Shown here: positions 1-7,011 of the stretch, piece by piece
Layout: each line of letters opens with the position of its first letter
Numbering within the stretch: position 1 is the first letter of the stretch
Origin: an uncultured Candidatus Saccharibacteria bacterium
Lineage (GTDB): Bacteria > Patescibacteriota > Minisyncoccia > Minisyncoccales > JAGLUP01
DNA: 36,980 bases
Direction of reading: 5' to 3'
Assembly (NCBI GenBank): GCA_964400775.1
Contig: CAYNVZ010000001.1
Coordinates: 1 to 36,980 of the forward strand
Position numbers and translations under genes: made by a program
Notes under the pieces: generated by a model
Database searches by the model: none
What the model was told of the DNA's origin: nothing
What the model saw: only the letters and a program-made list of their open reading frames with translations

Positions 1-153
1 GCCCAAGCTTGCTCTCACAGTATGGGCAAACTCCATTGCCTTTTTTTGTTCAGCTTTTTCTTTAGCGTTCTTTAGGTTAATAATAATCAAGCTAGACAAT
101 ACTCCAATGATAGCGATAACCACCAAAAGCTCTATGATGGTGAACCCCCACAC
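1..153 (-). CDS. Type IV pilin-like protein, N-terminal part only (gene runs off the left edge)
   Basis: My own translation of the minus strand gives ..LVWG|FTIIELLVVIAIIGVLSSLIIINLKNAKEKAEQKKAMEFAHTVRASLG. This is a prepilin cleavage/methylation motif G|FT(L/I)IE followed by a hydrophobic helix, the same style as the 15164..15940 pilin. It is absent from the ORF track because it is truncated. The start is ambiguous: GTG 153, TTG 156 or in-frame ATG 228. Confidence 0.75.
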   Translation of the reverse strand, partial: MWGFTIIELLVVIAIIGVLSSLIIINLKNAKEKAEQKKAMEFAHTVRASLG

Positions 154-290
154 CAAACAAGGATAAATTTCATTTTTTTTGCGCGTAGCGCAATCCTTGA
201 TATGGTGTGGGGGTAAACCCCACACCATATCAAGCACTGGTCGCCTTTGGCGACAATTAAGCAAAGCTTTGTGCTTGATTGGTGTGGGGG
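145..290. repeat. Four alternately oriented copies of an ~18-nt G-rich unit (CTTG-WTW-TGGTGTGGGG) plus two 6-bp GC mini-hairpins, overlapping the pilin start
   Basis: Units lie at 145..162 (reverse), 195..213 (forward), 218..235 (reverse) and 273..290 (forward). There is a perfect 17-bp hairpin at 196..212/218..234 with loop GTAAA. Mini-hairpins lie at 179..193 (TTGCGC-GTA-GCGCAA) and 240..254 (GTCGCC-TTT-GGCGAC). Confidence 0.7.
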
Positions 291-333
291 TGAACCCTTT
301 TCTCATATATATTAATAATAAATCTCCTGTACC

Positions 334-813
334 TTATCCAGCTATTTGTATTGAATCTATATAATATCTATCTAAAATTTTAGTTAGGGTGATTATCTCT
401 ATAAAATAGTTCACTTGGTCTTTTGTGTTAATTTTGACTGTAAATCTGAATTTTGTCTGTTCCAGTTTTTCTGCTTTTAAAATCTCAAAGCTCTCAAAAT
501 TATCTATTAAAACAAATTTATTCTGAGAATACTGTTGCATTGCTCCTTCAGTAAAATAGAGTGTGGCTTGATTTTCATTTTTTCCTAACCGGGCATTCAT
601 AAACTTCTCCAGCACATCTTTTGCCAACTGCTGTTCTACAGTTCCTTTAAGTGAAGCGATTTCCTGCTCAGTTTTTCTGGTCTTTTCTTCTAATTTATTA
701 TACTGCCAAGCCAACGCACCAATAACCAAAAGAGTAGCTACAATAGTGACCATTGTTGTCACCCAAGGAGAGGTTTTCTGAGTTGGTCCTAAATTAAGAT
801 TTTGCTCTTCCAT
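334..813 (-). CDS. Hypothetical membrane-anchored protein (N-terminal TM helix, coiled-coil-like linker, small C-terminal domain)
   Basis: 159-aa ORF with a hydrophobic stretch WVTTMVTIVATLLVIGALAW near the N-terminus. I recognise no family. Confidence 0.55.
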   Translation of the reverse strand: MEEQNLNLGPTQKTSPWVTTMVTIVATLLVIGALAWQYNKLEEKTRKTEQEIASLKGTVEQQLAKDVLEKFMNARLGKNENQATLYFTEGAMQQYSQNKFVLIDNFESFEILKAEKLEQTKFRFTVKINTKDQVNYFIEIITLTKILDRYYIDSIQIAG

Positions 814-822
814 ATTTTTAGT

Positions 823-2646
823 TTAGTATAATAGTTTTTTTGCTTCTTGCCAAACTTGGGGCTGACCCTTTTTGGTTTTTAACCAATACCACCATTCAGT
901 TCCCCAGAGATAAAAGGTATCCAGCCCTGTCTTTTTAGCAAAAGCAATGTTTCTTTTAAATTGCTCTATATCCATTGTTTTTTTCTGTTCTTGTAAGCTC
1001 AGATCATAAAGTAAAACCGGACCCCATGGCTCTGCTTGAAGTTCAATACAAATTACTTTTTTATTAAACAATTTTTTAATAATTTGGGACTTTATCCAAT
1101 AAAAAGCTGGTGGAAAAGGATAATTAACATATCTACCAATTTCCTTTGCCCATACTTTTTTATACATTGTAATCCCCACTATATCTCCCAATCGAGCCGC
1201 TTTAAACCAAAAAGAACCCTCACCACTGTCTGAAATTATTATTGGACGCGAAGGGTCAAGTGACTTTACTAAATTAATTTCTTTTTTTACAAATTCCTCA
1301 TTAGTTTCCGGGCACTCACCAAAAGGAAAAAACGGCTCGTTTTCTACCTGCCAAGCCCATATTGTTTTATTATCTCTGTATCTGTTTATAATCTCTTTTA
1401 TGTATTTCAATAACTCTTGATTTTTAATTTTTAATTCTTCATTCTTAAGCCAGTTTGGCTCATGACACTCTGGCCATCGGCCGGTTTTTCTTCCAATAAC
1501 CAAAATCAGTTGAGCTCCTTTTTCCCCTGCTGTTTTTATTTGCCAATCTAAATCTTTAAAATTGTATTTTCCTTTTTCTATTTCAATTATATCCCAGTGG
1601 GTAAGCAATTTTATGTTTTTCACTTTTAAATCATCTAATAAAGCTAAATAGCATTCTTGCCAATTTAACCCTAAATTCTGCGCATGTTTTTGGGAAAAAT
1701 TAACTCCCCACATAATCTCTTCTGCCTCTGGAGGCGTCCCTCCAAAAGCTAAAATAAAAAGACCTAGCCAGATTAACAAAACAGCTATAATTTTTTGGAG
1801 AATAACCTTCCTGGAAATTTCTTCCTTTAAAATCCGGGGAAATTTAAAAGATAAGAAAACAGCAAAAACCAATAAAAAAACATATTGAACGCCTTCTAAG
1901 GCGTTAATAAAAGCTAAAAAGCCCAACGGCGCTAAAGCAATTGCCCAGCTTTCTAAAACAAAGGCAGTGCCTCCTATTGCCTGATTAAAAATAAAAATAC
2001 CTGCTGTTCTCTTCTGGAAGCTAATTCTTTTTTTAAAAATCTCCTGTCTTACCTCTGGTGTAAAAAGAAAACAAACTCCAGCTAAAAAAGCACCGAACCG
2101 CATCCAAATAAAACCAGACCAAAATGGCTGAGCCATATAAACAAACTTAGATAAGATAAATGTTAAAGAAAACAAAAAAGCAGATAAAACTGAAAGTTGA
2201 AAACTTTTAAAGGTAATAGATTTTTCTTTTTTAAAGGTAATTAAAATAGTCCCGGAGATTAAAAAAATAAAAGCTAAAATTTCAAAAAATCCCAGAGATT
2301 CCTTACCGCCAGAAAAAATATAAACAAGCCCTAAAGTAAACAAAGGTAAAGTCCCTCCAATAGCTGGAACCACCCGAGAAACCTCAAATTTTTGCAAGGC
2401 GCTATAAAAAACAAAAAGTGCAAGAATAGAAACAGCGCCAGCAATAAGGGCTAAAACTATCTGTTCTAATCCAGGAACTGACAAAAATCCAAAAGGAACA
2501 AGAACCAAAGCAAAAATTCCAAGTATGCCTACATAAAAAGAATAGGTATGAGGATTAGGAATAGAACCCTTCAAAAGATATTTATCAATTATAGAAACTA
2601 CTGCAAAAAGGAAATAAGAAATGATTGTAATTATCAGCCACAACAT
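823..2646 (-). CDS. Fusion protein: N-terminal polytopic EamA/DMT-like membrane domain (~300 aa) plus C-terminal clan GH-A (TIM-barrel, GH5/GH42-like) glycoside hydrolase domain
   Basis: 607-aa ORF. The first ~300 aa are about 10 hydrophobic helices. The C-terminal half has WQVENEPF (the NEP acid/base motif of clan GH-A), a possible nucleophile region ICIELQAEPWG, and the motif WDIIEIEKGKYNFKDLDWQI typical of GH-A N-terminal strands. Confidence 0.7.
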   Translation of the reverse strand: MLWLIITIISYFLFAVVSIIDKYLLKGSIPNPHTYSFYVGILGIFALVLVPFGFLSVPGLEQIVLALIAGAVSILALFVFYSALQKFEVSRVVPAIGGTLPLFTLGLVYIFSGGKESLGFFEILAFIFLISGTILITFKKEKSITFKSFQLSVLSAFLFSLTFILSKFVYMAQPFWSGFIWMRFGAFLAGVCFLFTPEVRQEIFKKRISFQKRTAGIFIFNQAIGGTAFVLESWAIALAPLGFLAFINALEGVQYVFLLVFAVFLSFKFPRILKEEISRKVILQKIIAVLLIWLGLFILAFGGTPPEAEEIMWGVNFSQKHAQNLGLNWQECYLALLDDLKVKNIKLLTHWDIIEIEKGKYNFKDLDWQIKTAGEKGAQLILVIGRKTGRWPECHEPNWLKNEELKIKNQELLKYIKEIINRYRDNKTIWAWQVENEPFFPFGECPETNEEFVKKEINLVKSLDPSRPIIISDSGEGSFWFKAARLGDIVGITMYKKVWAKEIGRYVNYPFPPAFYWIKSQIIKKLFNKKVICIELQAEPWGPVLLYDLSLQEQKKTMDIEQFKRNIAFAKKTGLDTFYLWGTEWWYWLKTKKGQPQVWQEAKKLLY

Positions 2647-2669
2647 AACAAGAAATTTACTTCACAAGA

Positions 2670-2699
2670 ATTATAGAAATTTGCTCGTTTAACTCGCAA
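2670..2699 (-). promoter_or_regulatory. Sigma70-like promoter for the 823..2646 gene
   Basis: The minus strand reads TTGCGA, 18 nt, TATAAT, ending about 23 nt upstream of the ATG at 2646. Confidence 0.35.
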
Positions 2700-2735
2700 A
2701 ATTTATTGATAATAAATTTCTCTTTGTTTTAATTT

Positions 2736-3917
2736 CTATATTTCAATAGCACTATATTTGCAAACTTTAGCGTAATAATAGGCGCTTGGCCTTATTTTTC
2801 TTTTCATTGTGTTATAATCAATTTCAACCAAGCCAAACCTTGGCTTAAAGCCGTCAGCCCATTCAAAATTATCCATCAATGACCAATGAAAATAGCCCCG
2901 CACATCTACCCCTTCTTTAATTGCTTTATAAATCCAAAAAAGATGGTTTTTTATAAAGTCCTTTCTTAGTTTGTCTTGCGCATCAGCCAAGCCGTTTTCA
3001 GTAATATAAATTGGCTTTTGATATTTCCTAAGGGTATTTAAAACATGATATATCCCTTTTGGATAAATCTCCCAACCAATATCTGTAGTAGCTTCAGATC
3101 CTTGTATTCCAAAAAATGGAAATAAAATTTTTAATCTGCTGTAATAATTTAGACCGATAAAATCCTGATGATTTTTGATTTTATTTAAAAAATATCTTTC
3201 TCTAAAATAACTAATTAAAAACACAGAGAGCTTATCCAAAGGAGATTTTGAAAAAAAGGGTTCAAAACAAATAATGTTTTTAGCCACACCTACTCTAACA
3301 TCTGGTTTTACTTTATGAAGGGCCTGGTAAATTTTCTTATGAACAGCTATTTGATTTTTAATAGCACGCATTAATAAAATGGGATTTTTCTTTTTCGGCG
3401 GCCACTTGCCTTCCCAAAAACTCATTGAAGCATAAAGTACTGGCTCATTGATAGTTATCCAAAAATCAACTAAGTCCTGATATTCCTTAAAAACTTTTTC
3501 AGCAAATCTGGAAAAATAAAAAACAATCTTGGGGCTTGACCATCCTCCTTTTTTTGCCAGCCATAAAGGAGTAGTAAAGTGGTGCAAGGTAAGCATTACC
3601 TTGATGTTTCTTTGTCTTAAAGCCAAGAGTACCTTTCTATAATGCTCAATTTCTTTTTGATTGAAAACTCCTTCCCTAGGTTCAATCCGCGACCATTCAA
3701 TTGAGAACCGATAAGCATTCTGGTTCAATTTTTTTATCAAATCAAAATCCTGCTCATATTGATTATAATGATCGCAGGCCCTGCCAGATTTATACTTTAT
3801 CTTTCCTGTTTGCTCTGCCTGCCACCAATCATTGTAGATATTATTTCCTTCTACCTGATGAGACGAAGTAGCTGAACCCCATAAAAAATTTTTAGGAAAT
3901 TTTAAAATCTTTGCCAT
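2736..3917 (-). CDS. Glycoside hydrolase family 1 beta-glucosidase (short form, 393 aa)
   Basis: FLWGSATSSHQVEGNN at the N-terminus, TINEP acid/base motif and YITENG nucleophile motif. TAG stop. Confidence 0.9.
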   Translation of the reverse strand: MAKILKFPKNFLWGSATSSHQVEGNNIYNDWWQAEQTGKIKYKSGRACDHYNQYEQDFDLIKKLNQNAYRFSIEWSRIEPREGVFNQKEIEHYRKVLLALRQRNIKVMLTLHHFTTPLWLAKKGGWSSPKIVFYFSRFAEKVFKEYQDLVDFWITINEPVLYASMSFWEGKWPPKKKNPILLMRAIKNQIAVHKKIYQALHKVKPDVRVGVAKNIICFEPFFSKSPLDKLSVFLISYFRERYFLNKIKNHQDFIGLNYYSRLKILFPFFGIQGSEATTDIGWEIYPKGIYHVLNTLRKYQKPIYITENGLADAQDKLRKDFIKNHLFWIYKAIKEGVDVRGYFHWSLMDNFEWADGFKPRFGLVEIDYNTMKRKIRPSAYYYAKVCKYSAIEI

Positions 3918-3944
3918 AAATTCATTTTATCATAAAAATCCCTA

Positions 3945-3973
3945 TTGATAAATTTTATAATTTGTAGTATACT
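3945..3973 (+). promoter_or_regulatory. Sigma70-like promoter for the 4030..4539 gene
   Basis: TTGATA (3945..3950), 17 nt, TATACT (3968..3973). A strong SD AAGGAGGTG lies at 4016..4024. Confidence 0.4.
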
Positions 3974-4029
3974 TCAAAGCAGAAATCAAGAAAATTCTTG
4001 ATTTACCAACTAAATAAGGAGGTGGAAAG

Positions 4030-4539
4030 ATGGAAAAGAAAGTAAAGACGGTTTTGGTTATATCTATTGTAGTTATAGGAATAGCGGTTTTGGGAATTGC
4101 AAGATTTTCTAGTTACACCGCCTTTCAGAAAACAATTATTAAAAGTATGGAAATAAAAGAGCCGATCCAAGTAAAGATCTTGACCCCAATAATAAAGAAC
4201 AAAACAGTTTATCCCGGAGAAATTATCTGGCTGGGAAAAATTAACATAACAAATATAGGTCCTGAAAAGATACCTATAGAGATCCAATTAACAAAAGAAG
4301 GCAAAATTGTTCCTGGTGAGCTTGTAGTGGATGAAGTAGGGCCTAACAGAACTGGATTTTTTGAAAAACCTGGAGAAATAGTGAAAAGAAACAGATTCTG
4401 GCTAGCCGGCAAGGAAACAAAAACAATTGTTTTAACATGGAAGGTTCCATGCGGTTATCCAGTTATGGAAAATTTCACCGCCAATTTAACAGTCCAGAGG
4501 CTTAGTGTCCCGCCTGAATGTAGTATTCATGGTTGTTAA
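4030..4539 (+). CDS. Hypothetical membrane-anchored or secreted protein with an Ig-like/CARDB-like beta domain and C-terminal cysteines
   Basis: 169-aa ORF with a strong SD, an N-terminal TM helix VLVISIVVIGIAVLGIA, a PGEIIWLGKINITNIGPEK segment typical of adhesion-type beta-sandwich domains, and a hairpin terminator downstream. Confidence 0.65.
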   Translation: MEKKVKTVLVISIVVIGIAVLGIARFSSYTAFQKTIIKSMEIKEPIQVKILTPIIKNKTVYPGEIIWLGKINITNIGPEKIPIEIQLTKEGKIVPGELVVDEVGPNRTGFFEKPGEIVKRNRFWLAGKETKTIVLTWKVPCGYPVMENFTANLTVQRLSVPPECSIHGC

Positions 4540-4544
4540 AAATT

Positions 4545-4575
4545 GACCCTTATTTTCAACAGAGGGTCTTTTTTT
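4545..4575. terminator. Hairpin plus T-run between convergent genes (4030..4539 and comEC)
   Basis: GACCCT (4545..4550), 12-nt loop, AGGGTC (4563..4568), then TTTTTTT (4569..4575). Confidence 0.45.
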
Positions 4576-4577
4576 AA

Positions 4578-6173
4578 TTAATAATCTAAAAATTTAAATT
4601 TTTGTCCTTCGGTTAATTGCCAGGTGATATAACCCAAAATTAAATAAGAAATCAAAAGCCAAATCCAGGATATTTTAAAAGCAAAAGAAGCAAAGGGAAC
4701 CTGAGAAAGAAAATCAATTATTTTTATTATATAGGTAAGCAACAACCAGCAAGGCCAGGACAAAATCCAGCCAAGCGATTGACAAAAAATACCAACAAGC
4801 CCAAAAACAAAACCAGAAATCATAACAAATGAAAGTATAGGAACAATTAAAATATTGCTAATTAATGAAACCAAAGATATATATCCAAAATTATAAATTA
4901 AAAGAGGCAAGGTAAAAATTTGGACAGACAGGGTCATAGAGGCAACATCTCTTAAAGAGAAGTATTCCGGATTAGGAATTTTGTTTAAGTAATCCTGAAA
5001 AATCGGCATTAAATAAATAATACCTAAAACAGCTAAAAAAGAGAGTTGAAAACCAATGTCTGATTTTAAAAGCAAAGGATTATTAATTAACATTATTGTG
5101 CCGGCAAAAACTACAGCCCTGGAAGAGGTTGAAAGCCGTCCTAATTTTTGTGCCAAGAGAACAAGCCCGGCCATAATCCCGGCTCTTACTGCTGAAACCG
5201 GAGCGCCAATCATAATAATAAAAAGAAAAAGCAAAATTATGGCAAAATAGAATGCCTGCCCTCGCCATAATCCCAGGGTAGTTCCTAACCACATTAGAAT
5301 TCCAGAAAGAACAACAATATGCATTCCGGATACGCAGGTAATATGACGTACACCAGTGATATTTAACTTATTCTTCCATTGTTTAGAAATTTTTCTTTTT
5401 TCTCCTAAAATTATAGCGGTTAAAATTGAGGATTGAGGCGGAGAAAGGTTTTGTTCAATATTTTTTCTCAACCTTTCTTTAAAACCCAAAATCTTACAAT
5501 AAAAGGTAGAAGTCAGGTCCCTACCCTTTCCTCTGCTTAATAGCTCTATTTTCGGCTTATACATTACTGAATAAATTCCATCTTTAGCCAAATAATCTTT
5601 ATAATTGAAATCTTCAAACCTTGGTGGCGTTTTTAATTTTCCAATAATTTTTAATTCATCTCCATATTGATATTCTGGATACTGCCTGGCTATTACCAAA
5701 ACCTTGCCTTTTAACCTCTTTTCACTTTCATATACCACTTTTTGGTTTTGAATTTTTTTTGGCTTTATCACCAATCTGGTATTGTTTTCTCTAATATCTG
5801 GCTCCTTTACCACTGTCCCTATCAAAACAACCTTCTCGTTTTGGTCATTCATTGCTGATAACTGACTGTTAGTAATTGCCAAATAAGCTATCTGATGCCG
5901 CCACATACCCAGGACAAGAAAAATCAAACAAAAACCAATGATTGGTGCTTTTGGCATCTTCAGATTTGAAAAAGAGGGAGGAAGAGAAATTAATAGAATG
6001 GCTAAAATTAAAACAACCAAGGTTAAAATCAAAGAAAAAACCGGTATTGACCGGGATTGTGCTAGTGTAGAAATAAAAAAAGAATCTATAAAAATTCCTA
6101 AAATAAAAGACAAACAGAAATACAAAAAAATTTTAGACACAGTCATTGGTCTTCTGTAAAATTTATCAAACAA
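4578..6173 (-). CDS. comEC: ComEC/Rec2-family DNA internalisation channel (DUF4131-like N-domain plus competence TM domain; no metallo-beta-lactamase domain)
   Basis: 531 aa. It has N-terminal TM helices, a soluble OB-like segment (KGKVLVIARQYPEYQYGDELKIIGKLKTP) and then a polytopic region with the ITGVRHITCVSGMHI motif typical of the ComEC competence domain. Confidence 0.85.
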   Translation of the reverse strand: MFDKFYRRPMTVSKIFLYFCLSFILGIFIDSFFISTLAQSRSIPVFSLILTLVVLILAILLISLPPSFSNLKMPKAPIIGFCLIFLVLGMWRHQIAYLAITNSQLSAMNDQNEKVVLIGTVVKEPDIRENNTRLVIKPKKIQNQKVVYESEKRLKGKVLVIARQYPEYQYGDELKIIGKLKTPPRFEDFNYKDYLAKDGIYSVMYKPKIELLSRGKGRDLTSTFYCKILGFKERLRKNIEQNLSPPQSSILTAIILGEKRKISKQWKNKLNITGVRHITCVSGMHIVVLSGILMWLGTTLGLWRGQAFYFAIILLFLFIIMIGAPVSAVRAGIMAGLVLLAQKLGRLSTSSRAVVFAGTIMLINNPLLLKSDIGFQLSFLAVLGIIYLMPIFQDYLNKIPNPEYFSLRDVASMTLSVQIFTLPLLIYNFGYISLVSLISNILIVPILSFVMISGFVFGLVGIFCQSLGWILSWPCWLLLTYIIKIIDFLSQVPFASFAFKISWIWLLISYLILGYITWQLTEGQKFKFLDY

Positions 6174-6189
6174 ATTTATTCTAGTTTGT

Positions 6190-6945
6190 TCATCTCAATT
6201 TGCAGATTTGGAATTTTGGTTTTATTTGTTCAATAATTTTTTCAATTTCTTGTTTTTTGAGAGCTGGCAGTTTAAGAATTTCTGGGTTTAAAACTGATTT
6301 TTGGGTATTAAATTCTTGGAAAAAATATTTTGTGTTTTTGCCTTTGATATAATCAGCCATTTCTAAAATATCTTTTTCTGTAAGGCCAGGCGCCACAGTT
6401 GTCCTAAACTCAAATCCAACTTTTCCTTGTTTTAAAATCTCAATACTTTTTTTAATATTTCCCAAATTAACCTTAACCCCAGCCATCTCTTCGTATTTAT
6501 TTTTAAATTTTACATTTTTATTTTGATTTTTGATATTTGATATTTGATTTTTAAGCCCCAACGGGGCTTTTATATCCATTGCCACATAATCAATTAAATG
6601 AGAGTTAATCAGCTTTTCCAGCATCTCTGGATTAGAACCATTTGTATCAAGCTTTACTAAAAATCCTAAATTTTTAATTTTCTTGCAAAACTCTGATAAA
6701 TCTTTGTGAATTGTTGGCTCTCCCCCGCATAAAACAATGCCATCTAACAATCCTTTTCGCTGTTTTAAAAAAGAAAAAAAATCATTTTCCGAAATTCTGG
6801 GTTGCTTTTTTGTTTTTTCTGGTAAAACCAGTTCTGAGGAATAACAAAAGGGACAGCGAAAATTACAGCCAATAGTAAAAACCGTGCAAGCTACCTTGCC
6901 CGGATAATCAATTAGAGTAAGTTTTTGTAAACCACCAATTTCCAT
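6190..6945 (-). CDS. nrdG: Anaerobic ribonucleoside-triphosphate reductase activating protein (radical SAM)
   Basis: CNFRCPFCY (CxxxCxxC) cluster motif and GGEPT, immediately downstream of nrdD. It contains a low-complexity insert LKNQISNIKNQNKNVKFKNK. Confidence 0.9.
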   Translation of the reverse strand: MEIGGLQKLTLIDYPGKVACTVFTIGCNFRCPFCYSSELVLPEKTKKQPRISENDFFSFLKQRKGLLDGIVLCGGEPTIHKDLSEFCKKIKNLGFLVKLDTNGSNPEMLEKLINSHLIDYVAMDIKAPLGLKNQISNIKNQNKNVKFKNKYEEMAGVKVNLGNIKKSIEILKQGKVGFEFRTTVAPGLTEKDILEMADYIKGKNTKYFFQEFNTQKSVLNPEILKLPALKKQEIEKIIEQIKPKFQICKLR

Positions 6946-7011
6946 ATTAACTCGCTACCTCTTTGTACACTTAGTAGGAACTTTTTCTCTCGAAAATGGA
7001 ATCATAATGAG

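Noticed and set aside
179-364. 61-aa plus-strand ORF in the pilin-upstream spacer
   Set aside because: It is made almost entirely of the hairpin and repeat sequences (GGTGTGGGG units) and overlaps the 3' end of the 334..813 gene. It has no SD or family resemblance. It is better explained as a structured non-coding region.
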